A DNA stretch of 50,833 bases, taken from Clostridiales bacterium. GTDB taxonomy: Bacteria > Bacillota > Clostridia > Oscillospirales > CAG-272. Shown piece by piece: positions 28,441-40,459 of this stretch. Within the stretch, counting starts at the first letter, position 1, and every line of letters begins with the position of its first letter. A model generated the notes under the pieces. The model saw nothing but the letters and a program-made list of their open reading frames with translations, searched no databases and was not told the origin of the DNA. The stretch is from positions 1-50,833 of the forward strand of contig JAEEKG010000014.1 of assembly GCA_016282315.1 (NCBI GenBank), in the 5' to 3' direction. Made by a program: the position numbers and the translations under genes.

Positions 28441-28626
28441 TAGGCACCTCCTGAATATTTAGTGAAGCCAAAAAAATAGGCTCCTGTTTATCTGAAAACA
28501 GAAGCGCGCAAATATACTTGCACGATACACACATATCATGCAATCATGTAATTTTTGCTGCGGCACTGTTTCCGTACCTCCCTCGTGTCAGGCTGAAAAA
28601 TAGCTTTTCCCTGAAGAGGTAGTGGT

Positions 28627-28655
28627 ATATTAGCATAAAAAATAAAGGATGTCAA
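28627..28655 (-). promoter_or_regulatory. Sigma-A promoter upstream of rpmG
   Basis: TTGACA-N17-TAATAT with an extended -10 TG. Confidence 0.7.
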
Positions 28656-28689
28656 CAAGCATCCTATTATTTTTTTATATTTTTATATC

Positions 28690-29970
28690 TTAATCGACAA
28701 AGTCAAATTGTAAACCGTAAATCGAAACAGTATCTCCATCCTGGATTCCGAGTTCTCTCATCTTGTTCATTACACCGTTTTCTCTGAGCATATGATCAAA
28801 ATAGCTTAGTGATTCCCAATCTGAGAAGTTTATTCCGGTCATAAGCCTCTTTAGCCAATTTCCTTCAACAAACCAAATATCACCGCGTTTTTCCAGTGTA
28901 ATATCTGTAGGAACAAGAGGTGCTTTTTGAGTTTCTTCCTGTTCACTCTCATATGTTTCAATTGGCGGCAGAGTTTTCAATCTGTTCCAAATTCCGTATG
29001 TCAACTCTTTGATACCTTCTTTTGTAGCTGCGCTTATGAAATATATTTCGTAACCATTGTCTTTGGCAAACTTTTTGTATTCATCCAGTTCCGAAGGATC
29101 TTCAACTGCATCAAGTTTATTGCCCACTATAATCTGTGGTCTGGACGCTAGGGCAGGACTGTATTTTTTCAATTCTTCGTTAATCGTTTTAAAATCATCC
29201 AAAGGATTTCTTCCTTCGGTTTTTGCTACGTCAATAACGTGAACCAAAAGTCTGCATCTGTCTACATGTCTGAGGAAATCAAAACCAAGACCCAAACCTT
29301 CTGAAGCGCCTTCAATGAGTCCCGGAATATCTGCAGCTATGAATCCTTCATCATCGCTGACTGATACAACACCGAGCATTGGGAAAAGTGTTGTAAAGTG
29401 ATATGCAGCTATCTTAGGGCGCGCAGCACTTATAACGGATAACAACGTGGATTTTCCTACACTTGGCATTCCCACAAATCCTACATCTGCCAGCATTTTA
29501 AGTTCAAGATAGAGGTCTTTTTCTTCGCCTTCAAGGCCTGTTTTGGCAAAATTGGGTGCTTGTCTAGTTGGTGTTGCAAAGTGTTTGTTTCCCCAACCGC
29601 CTTTTCCGCCTTTTGCGATGACAAATGGTTCACAACCACTCATATCTTTTATAACTTTGCCTGTCTCAACATCCTTTATGACAGTTCCTTCAGGAACAAG
29701 AATCACGCAATCTTCACCATTAGCTCCGTGGAATTTGTCGGTTCCTCCGTTTTTTCCATTCTCAGCTTTAAATATTCTTTTTTGCTTGAAAAAGAGTAGG
29801 GTATTGCTGTTTGGATCGATTTTGAAAACAACGTTTCCGCCGTTTCCTCCATCGCCGCCATCAGGCCCACCATGGGAAATATATTTTTCCCTGTGAAATC
29901 CAATGCAACCATCGCCGCCTTTGCCTGCTTTGACATGGATTTTTACATGGTCATAAAAGTCATAAGTCAT
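28690..29970 (-). CDS. obgE: GTPase Obg/CgtA
   Basis: Gly-rich Obg fold (GGPDGGDGG), GMPSVGKST, YHFTT, DIPG, NKLD, SA and a C-terminal OCT-type domain. Confidence 0.97.
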   Translation of the reverse strand: MTYDFYDHVKIHVKAGKGGDGCIGFHREKYISHGGPDGGDGGNGGNVVFKIDPNSNTLLFFKQKRIFKAENGKNGGTDKFHGANGEDCVILVPEGTVIKDVETGKVIKDMSGCEPFVIAKGGKGGWGNKHFATPTRQAPNFAKTGLEGEEKDLYLELKMLADVGFVGMPSVGKSTLLSVISAARPKIAAYHFTTLFPMLGVVSVSDDEGFIAADIPGLIEGASEGLGLGFDFLRHVDRCRLLVHVIDVAKTEGRNPLDDFKTINEELKKYSPALASRPQIIVGNKLDAVEDPSELDEYKKFAKDNGYEIYFISAATKEGIKELTYGIWNRLKTLPPIETYESEQEETQKAPLVPTDITLEKRGDIWFVEGNWLKRLMTGINFSDWESLSYFDHMLRENGVMNKMRELGIQDGDTVSIYGLQFDFVD

Positions 29971-29974
29971 AATA

Positions 29975-31984
<2,010 letters not shown>

Positions 31985-32161
31985 TTAGTATAGTATTATT
32001 ATACCATTTTCTTGCATGAATGAGTAGATGGTAAAAACAACAATTGCTTACGATACTTAAAGTTGAGAAAAAAACATATTTATCATTGTAAATCACAAAA
32101 ATAATAACTATAATAGTATGCGTTGATTATTCAACATTACTTTCTATTACAAGAGGGGAAT

Positions 32162-33766
32162 ATGAAAACATTTACAAAAATTTTAGCTCTGTTAATTGTT
32201 GGTATTATGATGGTGCTTGCTATTGCATCATGTAATGGAAATACTCAGCAAACAACTACAGAAAAAGATCAAACAGAACAAACTACAGAAGCTGTGACAA
32301 AAGCAACAGAAACAGCTGATGTAACAACAGAAGTAACTACAGAAGAAACCACAACTGAAGAAGTTACCACTCCGGAAGAAACAAAACAACAAGCCGTTCA
32401 AGAATTTGACATGAGCGATGTTGTCCTTACATTCGGATTGGTTTCTGATGTTCATATAGGTGATGAAAATAGAAATGCATCAAATAAGCTCAGAAGTGCG
32501 CTTATGCAGCTTCAAAACAAAGCTGATGAACTTGGAGTAACCCTTGATGCAATTGCTTCAACAGGTGATATTTCAAATAACGGAACTGTTGAGCAATACA
32601 CAAAGTTCAAGGATATATATGAGAGTGTTATGGGAACAGATGTTCCATTTGTATTTACACTCGGTAATCATGATGCTTATACTCCGCTCAGCACAGCATT
32701 CAACGTATTCACAACAGATACATACAGAAAATCCATGGTCGATTCATCATTAATGCAATTAGGTGATATCCATTATGTTGTAAACGGAGTACACTTCATT
32801 TCTGTTTGTGCATCAACATACTCAAGTTCAAATTTTAGCTGCGCATTCAGCTCGAAAACAAAGAACTGGCTTGATGAAACTCTTGAACAAATTACAACAG
32901 AAGATCCAAATGCTCCTGTATTTGTTCTTTTACACTGCATGATTTATGACACTGCTTACGGCAGCAATTTGGAAGTATATACAAGTTGTTGTTGGTATAC
33001 AAAGGAACTGACAGAAATTCTCAGTCAGTATCCTCAAGTTATCACACTCAGCGGACACCTTCACTTTACAGTTAATGATGAAAGAAGCATCATGCAAAAC
33101 ACTTTCACATCAATTGGATGCGGCTCTACATGTTACATGGCAGTTATGAATGGTGGATATCAAGGCATGTCAAGTGTTACAGTAATGGCAGATGCAAATG
33201 ATATCTCAAACGGATTGCTGTTTATGGTAGATTCAAAGGGTAATGTAAAAGTTGTAAGAATGGACTTTTCAAACAAATCTGAAACAAAAGAGCCTTGGGT
33301 TATACCAGCTCCTGTTGAAGACAAATCACATTTGAGCTTCTACACAGCAGACAGAAAAGAAAATGATAATGTTGCTCCTGTTTTCGGAAGCGGTGAGTTA
33401 ATTTACTTTGATGATATCATGACAAACAGCAAAGGTTACCTTCCTAAGATCTTCTGGAAAGCAGCAACTGATAATGATATGGTTTTCCTATATGAAGTAA
33501 CCATAAAAGATTCCACGGGCAAGCAACTTGAAAAGTGGAAATTCTTGTCAGATTATTACAGAGTAATTGATGCAAAAGATATGAAAAAAGAGTATTCAGT
33601 TCAGAATAGAATTGCTGGCGGAAGACTTAATTTCAACGAAGAGTATACAATTACAATTGTTGCTTATGACTGTTGGGAAAATGCAAGTGAACCTGTTTCA
33701 ATTACATTTACTGGCAATACAGATGGAGAGATTACAGTTGTTTCAGCAACTTTTGCTGACAAATAA
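32162..33766 (+). CDS. Lipoprotein, calcineurin-like metallophosphoesterase
   Basis: Lipobox LAIAS-C, Thr/Glu linker, then SDVHIG, TGDI, LGNHD, LLH and SGHLH motifs, with a beta-rich C-terminal domain. Confidence 0.85.
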   Translation: MKTFTKILALLIVGIMMVLAIASCNGNTQQTTTEKDQTEQTTEAVTKATETADVTTEVTTEETTTEEVTTPEETKQQAVQEFDMSDVVLTFGLVSDVHIGDENRNASNKLRSALMQLQNKADELGVTLDAIASTGDISNNGTVEQYTKFKDIYESVMGTDVPFVFTLGNHDAYTPLSTAFNVFTTDTYRKSMVDSSLMQLGDIHYVVNGVHFISVCASTYSSSNFSCAFSSKTKNWLDETLEQITTEDPNAPVFVLLHCMIYDTAYGSNLEVYTSCCWYTKELTEILSQYPQVITLSGHLHFTVNDERSIMQNTFTSIGCGSTCYMAVMNGGYQGMSSVTVMADANDISNGLLFMVDSKGNVKVVRMDFSNKSETKEPWVIPAPVEDKSHLSFYTADRKENDNVAPVFGSGELIYFDDIMTNSKGYLPKIFWKAATDNDMVFLYEVTIKDSTGKQLEKWKFLSDYYRVIDAKDMKKEYSVQNRIAGGRLNFNEEYTITIVAYDCWENASEPVSITFTGNTDGEITVVSATFADK

Positions 33767-33783
33767 TAATAGTAAAAAAGATT

Positions 33784-33809
33784 TGCCGAGTTCATCGCTG
33801 AACTCGGCA
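33784..33809. terminator. Bidirectional terminator
   Basis: TGCCGAGTTCA-tcgc-TGAACTCGGCA between convergent genes. Confidence 0.8.
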
Positions 33810-33818
33810 TTTTCAATA

Positions 33819-35729
33819 TTATTTTGCATTATGGCGTAACCTTGCACTGTTTATTAATACAACAAACGCACCTACGTTATGAAGTATTGCTGCAATCAGA
33901 GCACTGATTAAACCAAAAGCTGATAAACTAATCATTACAAAACTGACAACTATTGATACAACCAAATTCTGATAAATAATGCGTCTAGTACGTTTAGACA
34001 AATCAATTACAAAAGGAATATTGTCTATATTGTTATTCATGAGAGCTATATCTGATGATTCGACTGCTACATCAGAACCCATAGCACCCATAGCTATTCC
34101 GACATTTGATTCTTTGAGTGCCGGAGCATCATTAATGCCGTCGCCAACGGATAAAACGCAATTATCTTTTTTGAGGGATCTTATTATGGACAATTTGTCT
34201 TCAGGCAATAATTCAGAATGCACTTTGTCAATTCCTGCTTGTTTTCCTATTGTTTCAGCATTTGATTGTCTATCACCTGTCAAGAGATAAATATTGTCGA
34301 TTCCAAGCTGTCGTAATTGTTCTATGCTTTTCTGTGAATCATCTCTCAATTTGTCTTCAAACAACAATTTTCCAATGCATTCGTTATCTAAAGCTATGTA
34401 GCTTACAGAAACATTTTCATCATCGATATTATCATCAAAAACTATACCATTTGCCGACATTAGACGCTTATTGCCAAACAAACAAGTCTTGTTATCTTGT
34501 AAAAGTGCTTCTATGCCTTTTCCCGGTATTTCTTTAGTTGATGAAACGGACATACAATCCTGAAAACCATCTTTGCAATAATTGACAACTGCTCTTGACA
34601 CAGGGTGAGAAGAAGAGTTTGCAATTGAATAAGCAATTTTAATTAATTCTTCTTCAGTGTGTCCCGGACACGGGATAACATCTTTTACTGACAAATCGCC
34701 TTCTGTAATTGTTCCGGTTTTATCAAAAACAACTGTGTCAACTATTGACAATTCCTCAATGAATTTTGAGTTTTTTATCAATATTCCTCGTTTGGTTGCC
34801 ACAGATAGTGAAGCAATCATAGGAGCAGAACTTACAAGCATGTGGCCGCATGGACAGGAAGCTACAAGAACTGTGATAAATACATTTATATCTCTTGAGA
34901 AAAAACCTGATATTGCTGCAACTGAGAGTACAAAGGGAATGTAGTACCTCAGAAACTTATTCATTATTCCCGTTTCTTCTGAAGTGATGCTTTCTGATTT
35001 TTCCAGCATTGCCAGAATCTTACTGAATGAAGTGTCATTGTACTCCTTTGTCACTTCAACAGTTATTGTTCCATCTAAATTAATTGTGCTTGCGTACACA
35101 TTGCTTGAAGGGCTTGCGTGATAAGGTTTTGATTCACCTGTCAAAGATTTTTGATCGATGTCGCACTCGCCGCTTATTACAACGCCGTCAATCGGAATAA
35201 TCGCACCGGGTCGTACAATAATGTGTTGACCAGGCTTCAGACTTTTTGCTTCAACTATTGTTTCCTTGCCGCTGTCATCAATCATGGTGGCGGTACTTTG
35301 TTGCATCTTTTTCAATCCATCAATTATTTCTCGGCCGCCTATAATACTTCTTTCCTCCAATATATGCGCTATATTGAGAATCAGAGGTATGATACAAGCC
35401 AATAAAAGATTTCCGTTAAAGTAACAAGCAATAATTGCTATTGAAACCAATAATTCCATTTCTCCCGAGGCATTTTTCTTGAAAAGCCCCTTGATTCCTG
35501 TGAATAGAATGGGTATGCCTTCAACTAAAAATGCGATGGTGTACAAAATATGCGGAACAACGGGTTTGTCTTTTATTGCAAAGGTGTATATCAGTGCTAT
35601 ACAAATGCAGAAAACAGCAATTATTCCTGATACTAAATCAATTCGGAGCCTTTTTTTGGAGGCTTCAGACAAATTGTTTATCGCAAGATTGTCTATCTTG
35701 TTTTTAAAAGTATCATCTATATTTTTCAA
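33819..35729 (-). CDS. Heavy-metal-type (P1B) P-type ATPase lacking an N-terminal metal-binding domain
   Basis: LTGES, SCPC, DKTGT, SHP, LTGD, GDGINDAP and last-TM LHNVG. TTG start follows GGAG. Confidence 0.92.
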   Translation of the reverse strand: MKNIDDTFKNKIDNLAINNLSEASKKRLRIDLVSGIIAVFCICIALIYTFAIKDKPVVPHILYTIAFLVEGIPILFTGIKGLFKKNASGEMELLVSIAIIACYFNGNLLLACIIPLILNIAHILEERSIIGGREIIDGLKKMQQSTATMIDDSGKETIVEAKSLKPGQHIIVRPGAIIPIDGVVISGECDIDQKSLTGESKPYHASPSSNVYASTINLDGTITVEVTKEYNDTSFSKILAMLEKSESITSEETGIMNKFLRYYIPFVLSVAAISGFFSRDINVFITVLVASCPCGHMLVSSAPMIASLSVATKRGILIKNSKFIEELSIVDTVVFDKTGTITEGDLSVKDVIPCPGHTEEELIKIAYSIANSSSHPVSRAVVNYCKDGFQDCMSVSSTKEIPGKGIEALLQDNKTCLFGNKRLMSANGIVFDDNIDDENVSVSYIALDNECIGKLLFEDKLRDDSQKSIEQLRQLGIDNIYLLTGDRQSNAETIGKQAGIDKVHSELLPEDKLSIIRSLKKDNCVLSVGDGINDAPALKESNVGIAMGAMGSDVAVESSDIALMNNNIDNIPFVIDLSKRTRRIIYQNLVVSIVVSFVMISLSAFGLISALIAAILHNVGAFVVLINSARLRHNAK

Positions 35730-35731
35730 AT

Positions 35732-36682
35732 CTATTTCTCCGTATTAATGACTATTTTGCTCTCTCCATCATTTACTATTCTTACTTTTCCCATTTGAGA
35801 CATAATCTTTGTTATCTTATCATTGAACAATCTCAAGGTAACTACATCCTTGTTGTCTTCATACTCATCTAAAACACCATAGAATTCAGCCAGTTCTTCT
35901 TTCGCTGAAGCCAAAGAATTAGAATAAGAAATCTTAGCCCTTGACAACAAACTATCGTAAATAGAGTTGGCGTATGCTGTCATTTTTGATTCATACAATT
36001 CGGCATCTTCAACTATAGTTTTAGCTTGAACAGAAGCAGAATTAACATTGTCATAAGTTTCTTTGACTTCCATGGGCATAGACACTTTAGTTAATTCAAT
36101 TGTTGATATTGTTATGCCGCAACAAGCATTGTCCAATTTGTCCTGAGATATCTTGATAATACTTTTTGTAAATTGTTCCTGTTCGCTTGTCAGCAAAGAA
36201 TCTACAGACATGTTTGCCGATACATCCACCATGGCTGATCCAACGAAAGCATTTACCAATTCATCTATTTTTTTAACGTTAATCGTATAATCAACAGGGT
36301 TAGACACAGTATATTTCACAGATGCTGAAATCAATGCAATGTTTTGATCACCAGTTATAACATAACCTTTACCGCTTAACGTGCTGGTCTCGCTTTCCGT
36401 GTAATGCATTGTTACTGACTGTTCCATAACGGTATCCATGGGAACTATTACAACTTCGTCAATTAAAAACGGAAGTGCAACCAATAATCCAGGACCATGA
36501 ACTTTTTCATCAAAAGTATTGCCAACAATTTTTCCAAATCTCAAGATCAATGCAACATTTCCGCTTTGAACAATTTTAAATCCGCTGAATGATATAAGGA
36601 TAATTACAAGAACTATCAGCGCCACAAAGTATTTTGAGAGTTTGGAAAGAATGTCTGACAACAAATTCTTTTTGTTTTTCAT
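35732..36682 (-). CDS. HflK-like SPFH domain protein
   Basis: TM anchor, LRFGK, GPGL..LPF.ID, ITGDQN and an Ala-rich helical C-terminus. Confidence 0.85.
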   Translation of the reverse strand: MKNKKNLLSDILSKLSKYFVALIVLVIILISFSGFKIVQSGNVALILRFGKIVGNTFDEKVHGPGLLVALPFLIDEVVIVPMDTVMEQSVTMHYTESETSTLSGKGYVITGDQNIALISASVKYTVSNPVDYTINVKKIDELVNAFVGSAMVDVSANMSVDSLLTSEQEQFTKSIIKISQDKLDNACCGITISTIELTKVSMPMEVKETYDNVNSASVQAKTIVEDAELYESKMTAYANSIYDSLLSRAKISYSNSLASAKEELAEFYGVLDEYEDNKDVVTLRLFNDKITKIMSQMGKVRIVNDGESKIVINTEK

Positions 36683-36694
36683 ATAATATCTCCG

Positions 36695-37759
36695 TTAATC
36701 ATCAGACATTGAATTCTTGATTAATTCGTAAATTGCATTGGTTAATGCTGTTCTATCTTCTTCATTCAATTGAGTGAGAATGTAAGACAAATCTTTGATT
36801 ATTGTTTGATCATTTTCTGTGGTTATGTAATCAGAATACTTGCTCAAAATGTTGAAGGGGTATTCGTCAGCTTTAACCACAAGAATTGTATTTTCTCCCA
36901 CTGAAGTTGCAATTGTGTCAAGTTCTTTCAGGAATTTGAACAATTCAAGATTAGAGCTTTGAGCAGCAGCGTAGATTGATGCAACTTCGCTTTCAGCTTT
37001 TGCATATATTTCAGCCGCTTCAGTTGTTCCTTTTCCGATGATTTCAGCAGCCTTTGCATCAGCTTGAGTTGTTATTCTGTTTGCTTCAGTCTGTGCATTG
37101 GCCAGAATGGTGTCAATTTCTTTTTGTCTTTCTGCTGTCATCTGAGCAAATACACTTTCAAGGTTTGCATTAGGAAGAGACAGTCTTAAAAAGCTTACAT
37201 CCTGAATATTGATGCCATAATTGTTTTTGCATGCCTCAGCAACTCTCTTGAATATCTCATCTTGTATTTCGTTGATTTTTATTTCTTCATTGTTTAGTGA
37301 AACGAGAGAATTGAGATTGTAAGAACCCATTATGCTGTTTGTTGCGCTGAAAACTTGATTCTTAATAAAGGAATTTGCAGACCCCTGTGTTCCAACGCTA
37401 TTGTGGTACAACTTGATATCATCTATGTTCCAAATAACATATGACTGAATGATGATGTTTCTCTTGTCCTGAGTAATTGTTTCGAGGTTGTCTGACTCCA
37501 GATATTGAAGTCTTCCGTCGTATTTGGTAACTGTTTCAAAAGGCCAAGGCAATTTCAGATAAATGCCGGCATCGGTTATTTCCTGTCTTATTGCTCCAAA
37601 ACGAAGAACAACAGCTTTTTCTCCCTCTTTAACCTGACAAGTGAATCCAAAATAGAATAGTGCCAATACGACAACAACTGCAAGAAAAATCTTCAATATC
37701 AAGAAAGAAATGGACTTTTTGTTTTTGACATTGTTTTCATTTGTATTTGTATTATCCAT
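36695..37759 (-). CDS. HflC-like SPFH domain protein
   Basis: AVVLRFG, KLPWPFE, YDGR, ITQDKRN, NYGI, VFAQMTAER, AEIYA and LFKFLKEL resemble HflC. Confidence 0.87.
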   Translation of the reverse strand: MDNTNTNENNVKNKKSISFLILKIFLAVVVVLALFYFGFTCQVKEGEKAVVLRFGAIRQEITDAGIYLKLPWPFETVTKYDGRLQYLESDNLETITQDKRNIIIQSYVIWNIDDIKLYHNSVGTQGSANSFIKNQVFSATNSIMGSYNLNSLVSLNNEEIKINEIQDEIFKRVAEACKNNYGINIQDVSFLRLSLPNANLESVFAQMTAERQKEIDTILANAQTEANRITTQADAKAAEIIGKGTTEAAEIYAKAESEVASIYAAAQSSNLELFKFLKELDTIATSVGENTILVVKADEYPFNILSKYSDYITTENDQTIIKDLSYILTQLNEEDRTALTNAIYELIKNSMSDD

Positions 37760-37768
37760 GATTCACCT

Positions 37769-39436
37769 CTACTTATCTGACCAGATTGTTCCAAAGTATA
37801 TATTGGACTCATCTATGCCATTTCCGATAATAACCAGTGTTGATTGACCGTATGCTGTCTTTAAAGCATTCAAATACTTGTAGTATCTGTAAGCTGTGGA
37901 ATTGTCCATGTCTGCTTCTACAGAAGCCATAAAGACCGCGACATCTGCTTTTGCTTTTGCGATTTTGTCATATTGATCTGAAAGCGCCAGATTTACAGAT
38001 GCATCATACCTTCTGTTAGCATCCGCCAGAGTGACTTCAGCCAAGCCATGAGCTTCATGCAGGTATTTGGTTGCTGTTATTTCCGCACCAACAAGATTCT
38101 GAAATACTTCAGCTATCTCAAATGGCGGATGAATGCTTTCAAGAACCACACTGACTATTTCTATTCCTGTGTTGTAAGATTCTATGCCTGAACAGAGAGT
38201 TGTTGCAAAGTCTTCGGAAAAAGCCACGCGGTCAGTTGCAAGCAAGGAATCTATGTCGGTGTTTATTATTTTTTCTGTAATTGTGTTATATGCTGTTGCC
38301 TGAACAATTTCTTCAGGAGATGAGGATGAGAGGGCAAATGATTTTACATCATTGATTCTGTAACTAATTTTTAAGTTGAGAGAAACAAGCTCATTACCTC
38401 CACCCAACAACAATTTGTACTCATCTACCCCAGTTCTTACAGTCCATAAATTATCTGTATCACCGCTTGAGATATATCCAATAGTCATTTCCTGAACAAC
38501 ATCAGTATCATAAATTTCGACTTTGTCAAAAGGCCATGGGAGGGTGTAGTGCAGACCGGGATTTAATTCGGCTTTGTAAGCACCGCACCTATATAGGATT
38601 CCTTTTTGATAAGAATTTATAGTGGTAAAACCTGTACACAGCCAAAATACAACAACCACTGCAATTAATGCATAAGGAAGAATATTTTTTACAAAAGCTA
38701 TGCTCCACAATGATCTGACAGTCAGTCCTGTATTCTTTTCAAGATATGAAATTAACCCTAAGTCCTTTGATTTGCCTATTGCAACAGGCTTGGGTATACT
38801 CAGATCTGGTTTAGAAAACAGTTCTTTTTTCAGCGCTGCAAGAGCCAGTGATACTAGCATCATCAAGATTTCGTATGCGAAAATAATTGAGAGTATTACT
38901 TTAAGAACTACGTTGAAATTGTAAACATTGACCACAAGCAAAATGTTCTCAATTATAACAAATAGAGTCGCAAATCTAATCAGTGCCAGCGATGAACGCA
39001 GATTGTTCAATACGCTGTTGTAATATTCATCATCACTCAAGTTATATTGGCACCATTGCTCAATAACTATCAAAGCTATGACTATCAGCATTAGAATGAA
39101 TGGAAAAACGACTGATACAGATTTGTCATCAACTTTGCTTATGTTAAGAATGTAAAACAATACGGTTGATGCTATTACGAGTATTGTTAAAATGGTGACA
39201 AAAGGATTGACAGCCTTTTTTACAAACGATTTAAAATCTTTATCTGATTGTTCATTATCCGGTTTGTTTTCACCCTTGAGTGCCAATAAGAGGTTAGATA
39301 TTGCAGGTGCAAAGGCTATGAAAAAGCATAGATAATATGCTTTGAATTCACTAAACAGTGCCAAAGCAACAAAAGAGAAAGATATTAAAACAAGAAAAAT
39401 TGAAGATAAAAGAGCAGTTCTTTTCTCTTTGTTCAT
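37769..39436 (-). CDS. HflK-like SPFH protein with a multi-TM N-terminal domain
   Basis: About 6 TM helices precede the anchor, then PGLHYTLPWPFDKV, GIEIVSV.LESIHPP and an Ala-rich coil. ATG at 39436 follows AGGAGG. Confidence 0.85.
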   Translation of the reverse strand: MNKEKRTALLSSIFLVLISFSFVALALFSEFKAYYLCFFIAFAPAISNLLLALKGENKPDNEQSDKDFKSFVKKAVNPFVTILTILVIASTVLFYILNISKVDDKSVSVVFPFILMLIVIALIVIEQWCQYNLSDDEYYNSVLNNLRSSLALIRFATLFVIIENILLVVNVYNFNVVLKVILSIIFAYEILMMLVSLALAALKKELFSKPDLSIPKPVAIGKSKDLGLISYLEKNTGLTVRSLWSIAFVKNILPYALIAVVVVFWLCTGFTTINSYQKGILYRCGAYKAELNPGLHYTLPWPFDKVEIYDTDVVQEMTIGYISSGDTDNLWTVRTGVDEYKLLLGGGNELVSLNLKISYRINDVKSFALSSSSPEEIVQATAYNTITEKIINTDIDSLLATDRVAFSEDFATTLCSGIESYNTGIEIVSVVLESIHPPFEIAEVFQNLVGAEITATKYLHEAHGLAEVTLADANRRYDASVNLALSDQYDKIAKAKADVAVFMASVEADMDNSTAYRYYKYLNALKTAYGQSTLVIIGNGIDESNIYFGTIWSDK

Positions 39437-39465
39437 CCCACGCCCTCCTAATTTTTGATAAATCA

Positions 39466-39495
39466 ATTATATATTTTATTATAAGAAAAAGTCAA
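39466..39495 (-). promoter_or_regulatory. Putative sigma-A promoter of the SPFH-ATPase operon
   Basis: TTGACT-N18-TATAAT on the minus strand. Confidence 0.55.
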
Positions 39496-39505
39496 TCAAC
39501 ACGCG

Positions 39506-39535
39506 AAAAAAACAGGTCTTTTCAGACCTGCTTTT
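39506..39535 (-). terminator. Terminator after the NYN gene
   Basis: CAGGTCT-tttc-AGACCTG flanked by A7 on the plus strand. Confidence 0.7.
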
Positions 39536-39540
39536 CAAGG

Positions 39541-40287
39541 CTATTTTTTTAAACCATCTTCAACGATTTTTTTCCATCTAGCTTTGACAACTTGAACGCT
39601 CTTCTTTTTTGACAATTTGATATTTTCTTCATATAAGTATCCGTCTTTTATCATTTGTTCAAGTTCGTAACTAACACCTTTTTGACTGACTTTTCCGTAA
39701 TATGCTGATTTTTGAATGATTACGCTCTTCAAGGCATCCTCGGTGTAGTTTTTATGGACTTCGACATGATCAAGCCAGGTAATAATCGGTCCGCAGAACT
39801 CATTCTGTAATTCCTTAGCAGTAGGGATTTCAATACATTTTGTCGCACTTAGTTTCAGCATGCTGCTTGTGCAATTTATGACACCATATATACATACTTT
39901 CTTGTGGCACTTATTAATGATAAATCTAACAACTGAACTGAAGTGTCCATCGCCTGTAAAAATTATGTATGTGTCTATTTTTTTGTCCGATATTGTTTTC
40001 TGATAAATATAATCCAACATTATAAAATCAGTAAAGTCTTTTTTGATTCTCTCGCTAGGATTCTGAGTGTCAAATACAGATGCTGAAATGTTTCTTATTT
40101 TATCCAGCTCTGCACGAAGGGAAGGATTTGTGAAATCCGCAAAAAAAGCTATCTCTTTAACATCATATTGCTCGTGGATTTCGTCTGCCCATTTTTTAAT
40201 GTCGGGCTTTATTCCGAACTGATTATCACATGAAATGAACCAATGCTCAAAATCAACAACTGCAATAGCAGTCGGTTTTTTTCGCAT
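39541..40287 (-). CDS. NYN (LabA/DUF88, PIN-like) domain protein
   Basis: VVDFEH, KDFTDFIMLD, FTGDGHF and a possible C-terminal winged-helix-like region. Confidence 0.8.
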   Translation of the reverse strand: MRKKPTAIAVVDFEHWFISCDNQFGIKPDIKKWADEIHEQYDVKEIAFFADFTNPSLRAELDKIRNISASVFDTQNPSERIKKDFTDFIMLDYIYQKTISDKKIDTYIIFTGDGHFSSVVRFIINKCHKKVCIYGVINCTSSMLKLSATKCIEIPTAKELQNEFCGPIITWLDHVEVHKNYTEDALKSVIIQKSAYYGKVSQKGVSYELEQMIKDGYLYEENIKLSKKKSVQVVKARWKKIVEDGLKK

Positions 40288-40459
40288 AGTCCTAAGCAAC
40301 CTCCTTCTTTTAGAATTGTCTTTTACGACAAGACAATTTTAACACACGGAATGAAGTGTTGCAATGATTCGTTATATTTTTTTCCCTCTTTAATTGAAAG
40401 TACTACTAATTTATGATATCATGTCTATAATATTTATGGGTATCAGATGAGGTTGTACC

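Noticed and set aside
28560-28620. CTGAC..GAG / GAAAC resemblance to hammerhead or glmS ribozyme cores
   Set aside because: The spacing and flanking conserved segments do not fit either family. Kept only as an unassigned structured leader.
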